From Octopus vulgaris (taxonomy: Eukaryota): DNA of 64,000 nt. The position numbers were made by a program, and so were the translations under genes. The stretch spans positions 192,262,001 to 192,326,000 of the forward strand of contig OX597815.1 of assembly GCA_951406725.2 (NCBI GenBank). The letters run 5' to 3'. Of this stretch, positions 1 through 13,851 are shown in pieces. Position 1 is the first letter of the stretch. Each line of letters begins with the position of its first letter. The notes beneath the pieces are model-generated. The model had not been told where the DNA came from, did not search any database, and saw only the letters and a list, made by a program, of their open reading frames with translations.

Positions 1-391
1 ACAGCTGGATGCCCTTCCTAAGGCCAACCACTCTGAGAGTGTAGTGGGTACTTTTACGTGCCACCGGCACGAGGGCGAGTCAGGTGGTACTGGCAATGGC
101 TACGTTCAAATGGTGCTTTTTATGTGCCACCTGCGCAGGAGCCAGTCCAGCAGCCACTGGCCATGACCTCGCTCGAATGTTTTTTTCACGGGCCACCAGC
201 ACAAGTGCCAGTAAGGCGACGCAGGTAATAATCACGCTTGAATGGTGTTTTTTACATGCCATCGGCAGAGATGCCAGTCATTGAATTTGATTTCAATTTC
301 GATTTCACTTGCCTCAACAGGTCTTCGCAAGCAGAGTTCAGTGTCCAATGAAGGAAAGGTATGCATAAGTGGGCTGGTTACACCCCTGGCA
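1..391 (-). mobile_element. SINE-like repeat family D ((GAT)n-tailed), partial
   Basis: Shares 'acagctggatgcccttcctaa.gccaaccactc' with copies at 16518-16842 and 37744-38018. Confidence 0.7.
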
Positions 392-582
392 TACTCGTTT
401 TGTGTAAAGTAATAATATGAAGATTAATAGCTTCTCCTTAAGATGAACCAACCTTTCCAATAGTTCACCATATTTCAAAGAGTATTAGCATGGCTTGGTT
501 CTTCTTTTCTTTTCACAGCAGTGGAGCAACGTAAAATTACCAGTGTGTGTATCTATGCATGCATTGGCACACAACCATAGAC

Positions 583-928
583 GTATATATATATATACAC
601 ACACACACACATATATACATGTATACATATATATATACACATATATACACATACACACATATACATATATATATACACATATATACACACATATACACAT
701 ATATACACACATATACACATATATATACACATATATACACACACATATATATATATACACACACACATATATATACACACACACATATATATACACACAC
801 ACATATATATATATACACACACACATATATATATATACATACACACACATATATACACACACACATATACACACACACACATATATATGCATATATATAT
901 ACACACACACACACACACATATATACGC

Positions 929-961
<33 letters not shown>

Positions 962-1205
962 CACATATATATATATACGCATATATATATATACACACAC
1001 ATATATATATATGCATATATATATACACACACACATATATATATGCATATATATATACACACACACATATATATATGCATATATATATACACACACACAT
1101 ATATATATATGCATATATATATACACACACACATATATATATATATGCATATATATATACACACACACATATATATATATATACGCACACACACATATAT
1201 ATATG
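583..1205. repeat. Compound (CA)n/(TA)n microsatellite
   Basis: Directly visible; source of the spurious YIHT/VCVY ORFs. Confidence 0.98.
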
Positions 1206-2204
1206 TTTGCATGTATGCTTATACATATGTATCTGTCTGTGCACATACATGTAGAGTCATTTGCAGCTGACATCCAAGTTAGTTCGTTACCCTCAAATTA
1301 AACTCATATGTTTCTCAGTTTCACAACAGGCAAAAAAGTGAAAAAAAAAAAAAAAAACCCCAAAAAAAACTAAGCAAAGATCAGACAAAGTTTATTATCA
1401 CTCGAGGTTCTTTGTAATTCAACTTGGCAAGCCTGGCATTACAATGGTGTGACCTTACAATGGGGAGGTATGTTACGAGATGATGAAGTATTACGAAACA
1501 GAACTTAAAACTAAACAGGATAAGTAACATTAGAAGCAACATGCAATGTTATCTATGATATATTTTTTCGAGGGTTCCATGTGCTACAACATAAAACATA
1601 TATATTACAGATATTTCCCCCGAATGGTGAAAATATGTGCACGTTTCGTTCTCAAGTGCATGTAAGTTTGAAAAATATTCAAATAATATTTGCATGCATA
1701 TCTTGAAGCTACAGGATGAGAAATGAATACATACGATAAAATTATATATTCTGCATATATCCTGTGCCATAAAGAGGCACCTGAAATGCAGGCGACAGGA
1801 AGTTCATCCGGTTGTAAAACGCTACCTCTAACGAGTAACTATGAAGGGAATGATAACACTGTTATAGGGGTCACAAGGATAACCTTTGCTTCCTCTGGCA
1901 AAACAGTCTTAAAACGTTTGTTGTATGATATCATTGAATGATATACTGTGTTATTTATGAAACATGTTGTTACCAAAAAAAGGAAAGAAAAAAATGGTGC
2001 CCCAGTATGGCCACAGCTCTTGAGCTGAAACTAGTAAGAGAGTATATGTTCATTTGAACACTGATTTTCTTTTTTTTCTCTGATTTTATTGGTAAGTTTG
2101 TCTATATGCACGTATTTTTGTGCATTGTAGCATAAGATAGATTTAAAGAGCATATTGGTGGTGATGGTGGTAATTGAGTGAGTGTGTGTGTATATATATA
2201 TATA

Positions 2205-2584
2205 CACTTGCGTCAGAAATTAATTAGCACTTCTCAAATTTCTACATTAAATAGGTTAAATCAATTAACCTATGAGCTGTTCAAAACGTCTTACGCGATG
2301 AGAAAACTTAGTATGGTGTGATTTCGATCCTTGCGAGGCGCTACCTATATCTATTAAACAAAGGAAGATTTGTCTGCATCCGCACTCCAAGTTGTTGTTG
2401 CACTGCTATGTCAACATCATAAGGCTGTAGACTCTCAAACTGCTCTGCAAACAAAGTTACGTCATCGTTCTGCGCAACAGTGAACTCGCAACAAAGCAAT
2501 AGTTCGAGATATGGCCACTAGGTGACAGCACATACCTTGAGTGAAGAGCAAATCAAGGGTGCTAATTAATTTCTGACGGTAGTG
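2205..2584. mobile_element. Tc1/mariner-type MITE
   Basis: TIRs cacttgcgtcagaaattaattagcac ... gtgctaattaatttctgacggtagtg, flanked by TA within a (TA)n tract; no ORF. Confidence 0.85.
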
Positions 2585-3173
2585 TATATATATATATATA
2601 TAAATCAATAAATGGTGGGGTTGTGTTGACCGCACGTGGAGAAATGATAGGCAAGGAAAAATTAAAAAGGCAGAATGCTAAATTGAAGGAAAATTTTAAT
2701 GAAAATGGGTGTATGGAAAATTTTGAAAAATTAATAAAATATATATATATTAATTCAAACCGGTTTTCGTTACAATGTGACTTTATATTTATATATATAT
2801 ATATATATATATACATAATACAAAATGGGACAAGAACACAAAACATCCGGACAGCTAGGTGATATAAAAAGGGACAACAAAATATCTAGATAGAAGATAC
2901 AAAGAAAACAAGGACGGGTCATTCGAAGCCCTTTATCCTCAGTCAAGCACCAGATTATCCTTGGAGTTCTTTTTGTATTTTGTATATATATATATATATG
3001 GTTAGAGCATTGAGCTTGCGATCGTGAGGTTGTGAGTTTGAATCACCAATGGTAGCCCTAATACACAAATAAAGAAATTTTATCCACGAATGCAGTGTTG
3101 AGCATGCATTCTCATCATTCAACATTTACATATATATATATATTTCGTTTTGGGATTTGATTTACATAGCACT

Positions 3174-3367
3174 GGACAAACAAGGACAGACAAATGGATT
3201 AAGTTGATTATATCGACTCCAGTGCATAACTGGTACTTATTTAATCGACCCTAAAAAGATGAAAGGCAAAGTTGACCTCGTCGGAATTTGAACTCAGAAC
3301 ATAACGGCAAACGAATTACTGCTTAGCATTTCAACCGGCGTGCTAATGTTTCTGCCAGCTTGCCGCC
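3174..3367 (-). mobile_element. tRNA-derived SINE family B
   Basis: Reverse complement of the 'ggcggcgagctggcagaaacgttagc...gagttcaaattcc...ttcatcctttcggggtcgat' family seen in more than 10 copies. Confidence 0.9.
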
Positions 3368-3679
3368 TTAAACACTCCTTAAGCAATCTTTTGTACATTT
3401 CTGGCGTTTAATGTACCTGCACATCTGCCACTTGTAAAGACTACTTTCTCTGTCGGTCTTCCAGTGATACTGCCGAGGAGTATGATAAAATGAAGGTATG
3501 CCTTCATAAGGGCTACAACATAAGCAATGTATTACTTGGATATATTGAGATTGCAGAATAATACAAATTGGAATCATATCATGCAAGAAGGTATGGCATT
3601 AAGAACTCTACCATTAGGTGGAAATATTGTACAACCAAAGGAATAATGAAAAGCATGACACCCTGATACGATACAATAT

Positions 3680-3785
3680 GATATATATATATAACACCAT
3701 ATGATATATATATATATATATGACACCATATGATATCATATATATATATATATGACACTATATGATATATATGACACTATATGAT

Positions 3786-3824
<39 letters not shown>

Positions 3825-3872
3825 CACTATATGATATATATATGTATGACTATATGATATCATATATATATG

Positions 3873-3910
<38 letters not shown>

Positions 3911-4118
3911 GATATATATGTATATATATATATGTATGACACTATATGATATCATATGTATATATGACACTATATGATATCATATATATATATATATATA
4001 TATGACATAATATGATATATATATATATGACACTATATGATATCATATATATATATATGACACTATATCATATATATATATATGACACTATATGATATAT
4101 ATACATATATTATTATAT
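3680..4118. repeat. (TA)n-based minisatellite with recurring gacactatatgatatc unit
   Basis: Directly visible. Confidence 0.9.
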
Positions 4119-4627
4119 AAGATGTGATAGAATTTGCAATAAAATATTGATGAAGTGGGGTGAGGTGGGGGGTAAATGGGTTAGTTCTTCTCTCCGGAAT
4201 TCTCACCTTGCTTCTGTTATTCATGTATCCATTAACTTACGGTTGTTTAAGAGGAACAGCCGTCATCCATTTCAGTCTGCGAAGGTCATGGATAAAGACT
4301 CTTTCTCCAGATCAAACCATTAAAAAAAAAAAAAGAAAAAATGATAAAGAAAAACGTCACACAAAGCTTATGTTATGAAGCGGTGAGTAGCGTGATTGAA
4401 TATAAGTCATAAAATAAATTGAAATCAGAAGGGAATATGGTTTATGGATAAGTTGAGTTGGATACAAGGAGGTATGGAATATATTGGCGACTTGGAAAAT
4501 GCCGAAGAAAGAAAGAATGAAGACCAGATATATTATCTAAGTAGTGGTATTGTGTAATAGGAAGAATTACATATAAGAATATGCATCATAGCAAAAGTAT
4601 TATTCAAAACAGATTATTACTTATGCT

Positions 4628-5052
4628 GTCTTTACTCTTTTACTTGTTTCAGTCATTTGACTGTGGCCATGCTGGAGCACCGCCTTTAGTCGAGCAGATC
4701 GACCCCAGGACTTATTCTTTGTAAGCCTAGTACTTACTCTATCGGTCTCTTTTGCCGAACCGCTAAGTTACGGGGACGTAAACTCACCAGCATCTGTTGT
4801 CAAGCAATGTTGGGGAGACAAACACAGACACACAAACATATACGTACACACACAGACACACACATATATATATATATACACATATATACAATGGGCTTCT
4901 TTCAGTTTCCGTCTACCAAATCCACTAACAAGGCTTTGGTCGGCCTGAGGCTATAGTAGAAGACACTTGCCCAAGGTGCCACGCAGTGGGATTGAACCCG
5001 GAACCATGTGGTTGGTAAGCAAGCTACTTACCACACAGCTACTCCTACACCT
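4628..5052 (-). mobile_element. tRNA-derived SINE family A (octopus OK/OR-type), near full length
   Basis: Minus-strand head with A/B-box-like motifs, internal CA/TA microsatellite, tail 'gactgaaacaagtaaaagag'; more than 15 copies in the window. Confidence 0.9.
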
Positions 5053-5324
5053 AGTTGAAAGCAGCTCTGGCTCTGTAGTACAAATGTCTTGTTTTCATAA
5101 GTTTTGAATTAAAATCTTCCACCAAACCTTAGTCACAATTTATATTCCTAACACTAGCTGAATGATAACCAAGTTATATTTAAAGTAATTGAAAGCAACA
5201 CAGAGTATCTCAAAATGAATACAGTAGCGAAAGGGTTAAAGAAAGGAAAAAGAGGAAAAAGAAAGTTGGGTTTTGCGGGGTTTGAATTCAGAGTGTAGAG
5301 AATGGGAACAAATATTGGTTTCAA

Positions 5325-6283
5325 ATTCTAGTACAAGGCCAGCATAAGGGGTAAGTCATCTACACCAACCACAGTACTTAACAGGTACTTATCAACCCTG
5401 AAATGATGAAAGGTAAAATCGACTTTGGCAGAATTTGAACTCAGAATATAAAGATGGACGAAATACGGTTAAGCATTTTGCTTCTTGAGGTAACAATTCT
5501 TATTTCTTTATTGCCCACAAGGGGCTAAACACAGAGGGGACAAACAAGGACAGACAAAGGGATTAAGTCAATTACATCGACCCCAGTGCATAACTGGTAC
5601 TTAATTTATCAATCCTAAAAGGATGAAAAGCAAAGTCAACCTTGGTGGAATTTGAACTAAGAACGTAGTAGCAGATGAAATACCTATTTCTTTACTACCC
5701 ACAAGGGGCTAAACAGAGAGGGAACAAACAAGGACAGACAAACGGATTAAGTCGATTACATCGACCCCAGTGCATAACTGGTACTTATTTATTTGACCCC
5801 GGAAGGATGAAAGGCAAAGTCAACCTTGGTGGAATTTGAACTAAGAACGTAAAGGCAAACGAAATACCTATTTCTTTACTACCCACAAGGGGCTAAACAG
5901 AGAGGGGACAAACAAGGACAGACAAACGGATTAAGTCGATTACATCGACCCCAGTGCATAACTGGTACTTATTTATTTGACCCCGGAAGGATGAAAGGCA
6001 AAGTCAACCTTGGTGGAATTTGAACTAAGAACGTAAAGGCAAACGAAATACCTATTTCTTTACTACCCACAAGGGGCTAAACAGAGAGGGGACAAACAAG
6101 GACAGACAAACGGATTAAGTCGATTACATCGATGCCAGTGCATAACTGGTACTTATTTATTTGACCCCGGAAGGATGAAAGGCAAAGTCGACCTCGGTGG
6201 AATTTGAACTCAGAATGTAACAGCAGATGAAATACCGCTAAGCATTTCGCCCGGCGTGCTAACAATTCTGCCAGCTCACCACC
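5325..6283 (-). mobile_element. SINE family B head-to-tail multimer (~179-bp units)
   Basis: Four near-identical units at ~5500-6283 plus an older degenerate copy at left; intact head only at the right end. Confidence 0.9.
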
Positions 6284-7199
6284 TTCTCTCACTGCCTTAA
6301 TGGGCAGGTAGTCTAGCAAACATTTTGAAGAATCTACCAATTAGCAATCTAGCTTTAATTAAAAAGGTCTATGAGCAAGAGCTTTCCAGCTGTAACCATT
6401 CTATGTTTTCTTTCTTTTTCAAACATAATACAGTTTCTAGGTTTACAGTATCTTGGGTGTACATTTTATGAAGCTGGTGGTGAAGAAGATTTGGCTGCTA
6501 TTTCGTGCATGCCAAATGACCATATAAAGACACTCTCATTAGCTGGTTGTTTCATTTTTCTCAACAACTTCATTTTCGATTCTTCAAGATGCAAAAATAT
6601 TTTATAATAAATTTAAAGTAAGGCCTAACAATTTCTGAAAGATTCCCAAATTTATATGAAAATTTCAAGAAAAACAATGGGGAAGAATACAGCCATTAAA
6701 ATTGGTGTGGAATGACAAGGAAATAAATCAAAGAAAATAAGTAAAAATAAGGTGTGTGTTTGTATTGGAACTGCAGAACAAGAGATAAAATCTTGGCAAA
6801 CAAACTCTATGATACACAAATTCTTATTCTAGTGCAAGGATTTTTCTTCCATCTTGCTAATTTTCTTTAGGGAAAAGCACGCACTTCCAATTAAGACTTT
6901 CTCATTATCCAGTTCCAGATATAAATTTTCTATCTGTTAATGAAAAATAAATCCCACCTGTGTTTGTAGTTTGGAACGAGTATTGTGTTTTAGTGCAAGA
7001 TATAAGATGGTAACCAGACTAAAAAAAATGACACAGTTTCACTTACTTAACACATTTCTCCCAACATCTTAACTCTCCTCTGCTACAGAATCACGGTTTC
7101 ATGCCCACATAGACCCACTTTCCACCCCAAAAATATAAGCAAACAGAAATAAATGATAAGGTAGATTGTCAGAAGTAGGTATGGTAAGGATCCATCCTG

Positions 7200-7350
7200 T
7201 GTCATAAAGGATTCATAAGACTGGTTTCCTGGTTTCTGGGGTGGATACCTGGGACACTGGTCCAGTACATAATAACTCATTTTTGCCAGTTGAGTGGACT
7301 GGAGCAATGCGAAATGAAGTGCTTTGCTTAAGGGCACAACATGCCACTTG
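7200..7350 (-). mobile_element. CORE-like SINE family C, partial
   Basis: 'actcatttttgccagttgagtggactggagcaatgcgaaatgaagtg' shared with the 34142 and 27203 copies. Confidence 0.7.
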
Positions 7351-7370
7351 AACCAGAAGAGCTCACATTA

Positions 7371-7775
7371 CTCTTTCACTTGTTTCAGTCATTTGACTAT
7401 GGCCATGCTGGAGCACCGCCTGTAGCCGAGCATATTGACCACAGGACTTATTCTTTGTAAAACTAGTACTTATCCTATCGGTCTCTTTTGCTGAATCACT
7501 AAATTACGGGGACGTAAATGCATCAGCATCAGTTATCAAGCGATGTTGGGGGGACAAACACAGACACACACAAACATACACACACATGTACATATATATA
7601 TATATATATATACGATGGGCTTCTTTCAGTTTCCGTCAACCAAATCCACTCACAAGGCTTTGGTCGACCTGAGGCTATAGTAGAAGACACTTGCCCAAGG
7701 TGCCACGCAGAGGGACTGAACCCAGAACCATGTGATTGGGAAGTAAGCTACTTACCACACAGCCACTCCTATGTC
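7371..7775 (-). mobile_element. SINE family A
   Basis: Colinear with 4628-5052. Confidence 0.9.
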
Positions 7776-7904
7776 TATATTCTGATAATGGTTCTCTCAT
7801 GTAGATAGACTTTATATAGAAATAACAAGTGAGACACTCTGGCAGAATTGTTAGAACATTGAAAAAGTGGTGGTGGTGGTGGGATTTAATCCATGTTACT
7901 CTGT

Positions 7905-8143
7905 AAGGAGCATAAGGTTGGTTTCCTAGTTTCCCAGTTGCCATGGTGTATAATATATCCCCCACCTGGATGGGATGCTGGTCCATGGCAGGGTAACTCA
8001 CTTTTACCAGGTTAGTAGATTAGAGCAATGTGAAATGAAGTGTTTTGCTCCAAGAACACAACACATGGCCTGCTCCAGGAATCGAAACCGCAATCTTATG
8101 ATCAAGAGTGCAACACCCTAACCACTAAACCCCATGTCTCCAC
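7905..8143 (-). mobile_element. CORE-like SINE family C
   Basis: Reverse complement of the tRNA-like head (gtggttagg...gtttcgattccc) and the CORE-like block. Confidence 0.75.
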
Positions 8144-8831
8144 ATTGCCAGAAATGGTAGGGCATCAAACAATATACTTGTAGTTATTTTAGTTAAGTCT
8201 TTATACATTTTGGGTTCAAATCCTGCTGTAGGATAACTTTGTATTTTATCCTTCAGAGGTCGAGTGAAATTAAGTAGTACTCAAATTCGAGGTCAATAAA
8301 ATCAATTATATTTCTCCTCCAAATTTGAGGTTTTTGCTTATGTTCGAGATCAATAGAGACTGGTCAGAGGGAGAACAATAACATCAAATGGTTGTAGCTA
8401 TCTGATGTCTGATTTATGTATTTTTATATTGCTACAGACGTTGCATTCTACTTCATTCCTTGGTATAACTCTTCACTCATGATGCCTTGCTAAAATTATC
8501 TTCATGCCTAATTAACAAATATTTGCTGTTGCAAATAAAAAAGAGATATGTTACTATTTTGTGAAAATTATCTCAAGGCAGAAAGATGAGAAGTCAAGAT
8601 GTGGTTTACAAGGTTAATATTTCCTCTGAAGTGTTGCTGTTTACAATAATTGTTTGGGAATATATGCGCATGAAATGCAGTCCCTGTGAGAAATATTTGT
8701 ATATGAAAGAATTCCTCATCTTTGGCTTATTATGAGCCAATAGTCATGAAATCACATTTGATAAGGGAAGAGTTGAAGTCAATAACAAGTTTGCATGGTA
8801 TGGAAAATTCAGAAAATTTATATTAAATGTA

Positions 8832-9398
8832 TTAGGTTGTCCAAAAAGTTTGTGCCGATTTATAGTAGCTTACCCTTTCGACTTATTTTAGAACATGGTT
8901 GAGTCCATAAAATAGGATTTGACTACACCTCCATTTAGAGCACAGTTTAAGCTATCTTTTCGTGGAAGAAGGTTTATGTTCCTATAACCTGTGTTAATTC
9001 TGTAACCCTTTAAAATGGAAGATAAGAAAGTATATTTTCGGCACTTGATGCTTTGGGAACCAGACAAAAATTGCTGCAGCACGGTTGGGATGTGTTACCC
9101 CACCCTCCATATTCACCAGATATTACCCCTTCAGATTTCCATTTATCCAGGTCTCTGCAGAATAGTCTTAATGGTAAAAATTTCAATTCCTTGGATGATG
9201 TAAAAAGATACCTTGATGAATTCTTTGGCATAAAACCACTTCAATTTTGGGAAGAGGGTATTTTCAAGTTAAAGGAAAGATGGAGACACATTGTGCAACA
9301 AAATGGTTCATATTTCGTTGATTAAAATTGTAATAGCAAGTATTTATTGACCTTTTTCTTTCCTTTAAAAATCGGCACGTACTTTCCAGACAACCCAA
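8832..9398 (+). mobile_element. Internally deleted mariner element
   Basis: TIRs ttaggttgtccaaaaagtttgtgccgattt / aaatcggcacgtactttccagacaacccaa with TA on both sides; C-terminal transposase motif HPPYSPDITPSDFHL (ORF 9053-9325). Confidence 0.92.
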
Positions 9399-10781
9399 TA
9401 GAAAAGTAGCAAGCTCTTTTGGATAAAACTAAGCTTCCTATGAACTTCAGCAGGGAATCAGTTGAATATTAGGAAATTGATGAACGAAATAGTGCAACAT
9501 TTAACTATAAATTGATGTGGTTTGCCTAATCAAAAATAGGTGCTGAGATAGGAGGAGCAACATGCTGCCACTTTTGGTGGCAACTGGAATGGAAAACTGA
9601 CAATTAATTCCTTAATGTGTCGTTGTGACATCAGTTGATTCTGTGGTAACAACTTGGAAAGGAACGATTTCCCTCATTGTCCAGACTTGCTTTACATGGA
9701 CTGCATGGAAGCACATTTTTCTGAGGTGTTGTCAAAAGTGTGTTTGTTGACTGAGTCACTATATTCTTGGAGAATATCTGCCATCTGTCTTGACCATCTT
9801 CCTGAGTCATTTGGCTGTGGCAAGAATGGAGACACATTGCACAGCTGTCTCAATATTCTGCCTTGTAAGAAGTGAGGTGTGTGAATGAGTTGGCAGCTCT
9901 CAATGCTCTACAAAAACTTTAGGCATCAAAAGCGGCTTTCCATAGGGCACAGGGAGAAGATTCTAGAAGATTGAATCATGTGATGGCTTGACACTGATTA
10001 GTTGCTTAATAGACCGATCATGTGAAACTATTGTGGTTTGGTCGTGATGTACAACTGGTTAACTAGCAGTTCAGTTTTGAATAACTGTTATAGTGTTATT
10101 ATGTCCTCATACATTATGATAGATGTCACAAATTGCTAATACTATTGAAACAGTCAGAATATCAATCACATAATTACAATTCTCCCCTCTGAAACCTGAT
10201 GCCAATGTAAAGTATCAATCGGTCATATCTTTCATCTGTTATGTATTCAGTATTTAGCTTTCTATTATATAGATTTACATAAGCTTGGAGAAAACGACAA
10301 CTTGTTCAAAAGTGCCAAACACTGTACATGGCAGTCAACCATATCCACAGTGGATACGGTTGACTGAGTTGTCCAAGTGTTGACTTGCAGTTCCAAAGTG
10401 TTGTGGATATTTTGCACGATGTTGTCAATACTGCTCTGTACTATTAAGTAACAAAAGCACTTCATTTTATACCACTTAAGTCATAAGACAAAGGGCTACA
10501 CTCATGGGTCTTTCCACAACCCTTCAACCTAGTGAGAAGAAGCAAAGAAGTTATTCCCAGGCTAGGGATCTGATCCTAAATACTTGTGAGAGAACAGACA
10601 CTACTAAAGTTACCCGCAGACATCTTCCTGGTCTTAGTTCATTGAGCAGTTACCTTGGGAAAGGTTGTGTGTTTAGCTTATTACTACTGGCAATATTGAC
10701 TTTGTATAACTAACAAGCATTTTATTAACTTCTTTTATCTTTTTAGATTATGGCCATGCTAGAACACCGCCTTGAAGGATA

Positions 10782-11130
10782 AGAAACTTGCTTCCCAACC
10801 ACATGGTTCTGAGTTCAGTCCCGCTGCATGGCACCTTGGGCAAGTGTCTTCTATTATAGCCTTGGGCCTACCAAAGCCTTGTGAGTGGATTGGGTAGATG
10901 GAAATTGAAAGAAGCCTGTTGTATATATATGTGTGTATGCATCTGTGTTTGTCCCCCCACCATCGCTTGACAACCGATGTTAGTGTGTTTACATCCCTGT
11001 AACTTAGTGGTCCAGCGAAAGAGACCAGTAGAATAAGTAATAGGCTTACAAAGAATAAGTCCTGGGGTTAATTTGTTTGACTAAAGGCTGTGCTCCAGCA
11101 TGGCTGCAATCAAATGACTGAAACAAGTAA
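10782..11130 (+). mobile_element. SINE family A
   Basis: Colinear with other family A copies. Confidence 0.88.
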
Positions 11131-11159
11131 AAAAAAGACTAAAAAAACAAAGTAGGAAT

Positions 11160-11830
11160 AGACCCCAGAAGTTATTCTATCAGTCTTTCTTGCTGAACTG
11201 CTAAGTTACAGAGATGTAAATACGAGTTGTTCAGTAGTGGTGGGGGTGACACATAGACACACACATGATGGGCTTCTTTCAGTTTCCATCTACCAAATCC
11301 ATCCAAAAGGTTTGGGTCGGCTTGAGGCTACGGTAGAAAACATTTGCCCAAGGTGCCATGCAGTGGGACTGAACCTAGAACCTGGAATGTAGTTGGAAAG
11401 TAAGCTACTTACAACACAGCCACGCCTGCATCTAGCTACTTTTTTACTTGTTTCAGTCATTTGACTGTGGCCATGCTGGAGCAATGCCTTTAGTGGAGCA
11501 AATCGACCTCAGGACTTGTTCTTTGTAAGCCTAGTACTTATTCTATTGGACTCTTTTGCCGAACCGCTAAGTTATGGGGATGTAAACACACCAGCATCAG
11601 TTGTCAAGCGATGTTGGGGGGACAAACACAGACACACAAACACACATATATATATACATAAACATATATACAACGAGATTCTTTTCAGTTTCCATGTACC
11701 AAATCCACTCACAAGGCTTTGGTCGGCCCGAGGCTATAGTAGAAGACACTTGCCCAAGGTGCCATGCAATGGGACTGAACCCGGAACCATGTAATTGGTA
11801 AGCAAGCTACTTTCCACATAGCCACTCCTG
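11160..11830 (-). mobile_element. Two adjacent SINE family A copies
   Basis: Partial copy at ~11160-11430 followed by a full copy at ~11440-11830. Confidence 0.85.
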
Positions 11831-12674
11831 CTCAATTTTGGGTTTAAATCCCATTGCAGATCTTTATTATAGATTGGAATTCTTGAGCGATTAATCTCTG
11901 TGGAAGTCAAGATACTCTCCAGCATGCTGTGCCTACTAAACATGAAGGATCTTAGAAGTAGGCAACACACATTTCAGTTTGAAATGAATGAACTTATTTG
12001 ACATTTAAGTTTAATCAATTCGGTGGAACAAGAATGAAATTAACCAAGATTCTTTACTACAAATAAACGTGCAAGACATGTTCTGCATTGACATCTTATC
12101 TATGTGAACCAGTATGAAATAATTAGGTTTTAATAATTCACAGCTATTCCCCAACATATGGAATGATGCTTCCTCTCATCAGGTTTGAATCTACTCGTTA
12201 CTTATGACAATGGCCTATTGTGTTAAACATTAATTCAATATAGAATGCCATCTGACAAATCCTGCAAATTATATGAGTGTTACAATTTCTCAAAGGAACA
12301 AGTTGGTGACAAAGCTGGAAACATTAATAAATAACGAGGTAATCAATGAAAGTTATAGAGAGATTCTCTCTTCATTAATTATTTCTGATTATTTCTGTTT
12401 GTGTTTATGACATCTTCAGCTTTCATGGTTAATTATAACAAAACATCAAGTTTATTTTCATGTAGAGAAGGCTTATAAACTTCTTCATGATGTTGGCAGA
12501 ATTTCTAAACTAGTTTGGCAATAATTACACTTGGAAATGATCTCAAAGAAAAATACGCTACGATGTTCTATCTATCAAACCCTATCATTGGCAGTTTTTA
12601 TGTGACTCTGCTGTCAATGATTATGTTATCATTGTATTGATGGAATTATTCAATTTTGCACAACTTTTATATAT

Positions 12675-12702
<28 letters not shown>

Positions 12703-12705
<3 letters not shown>

Positions 12706-12958
12706 AGGCGCCGGAGTGGCTGTGTGGTAAGTAGCTTGCTTACCAACCACATGGTTCCCGGTTCATTCCCACTGCGTGGCACCTTGGGCAAGTGTCTTCT
12801 ACTAGGTTATAGTAGAAAACACTTGCCCAAGGTGCCACACATTGGGACTGAACTTGGAACCATTTGGTTGGTAAGCAAGCTACTTATCACACAGCCACTC
12901 CTGTGTCTATAGCCACTCCTGTGTCTATAGCCACTCCTGTGTCTATAGCCACTCCTGT
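12703..12958. mobile_element. Inverted pair of SINE A heads plus an 18-bp tandem repeat
   Basis: Plus-strand head 12703-12803 joined to minus-strand head 12808-12911; agccactcctgtgtctat repeated ~4 times. Confidence 0.88.
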
Positions 12959-13630
12959 ACCTTAAAAATCTTTCATTTTGGTGCAGTGGAATTTTAATCA
13001 TGTTATAAGTTCTGTTCAAGACAAATTCCAATTCCTAGAGAGAACTCTTTCAGTAAGACACTTACGTTACCTGAATCTCCCCGAGAACTACGTTAAGGGT
13101 ATACGTGTCTGTGAAATGTTCGGCCACTTGCACGTTAATAAATGAGCTGCGATGTCACTGGTGCCAAGCTGTATCAGCCTTTGCCTCTCTCTTGGATAAT
13201 ATTGGTGGCATGGAGAGAGGAGGCTGGTATGCATGAGCAACTGCTGGTCTTCCATAAACAACTATACCCAGACTTGTGCCTTGGAGGTTAATTCTCTAGG
13301 TGTAATCCCATGGTCATTCATGACTGAAGGGGGTCACAACAATTTTGTCAAATGTAATGCTTAATTATTGTCATCATTTTGAAATAATCCTGCATTATCT
13401 TGTAGCTTCAACATTTCGATGACATGATAATATATTTTTAGAATGACATTGTAGAGTAGGTGTGAGAGGTGGGATCCGGCTGCTTTGATTGTAAAACAGG
13501 CAGAATATTTGGGCCGGATGTGGCTGGATTAACTGGTAAATAATTAATTCAAATCTGTTACAGACATTTGATTATCTGAACAGGGTACTTGGATCTACTT
13601 GATAGTTGGAAATAGGAAACAGATCTTTAA

Positions 13631-13851
13631 CCCTTTAGCATTTAAACTGGCCATATCCGGCCAAAAGTATTCTACCTGTTTTATATTCAAACTGGCCAGA
13701 TCTGGTCTCTCACACCAGCCCTACAATATCGTTTTAAAAATTAACAGCTACCTCATCAAAATCTCATAGCACCAAGATAATGCCTGATTAGTTCAAGGCA
13801 ATGTGGATAAAAAAGGATTAATTTTGGCAGAATAATGCGAACACTAAAGGG
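13631..13851 (+). mobile_element. piggyBac-type MITE
   Basis: TTAA|ccctttag ... ctaaaggg|TTAA; related copies at 17868-18093 and ~13370-13540. Confidence 0.85.

Noticed and set aside
485-1301. Long ORFs in all frames (up to 268 aa)
   Set aside because: Translations of a CA/TA microsatellite; the same applies to the ORFs at 25333-26714, 30258-30714, 38791-39598 and 58474-59410
2810-2975. Possible hammerhead (CTGAGGA...GAATGAC) on the minus strand in a (TA)n-flanked repeat
   Set aside because: GAAA core and stem I not satisfied; the nearby half motif at ~2757-2782 is truncated
9600-10480. Unique-looking sequence with several short ORFs, possible LTR-element or exon remnant
   Set aside because: No recognisable protein motif or consistent splice signals
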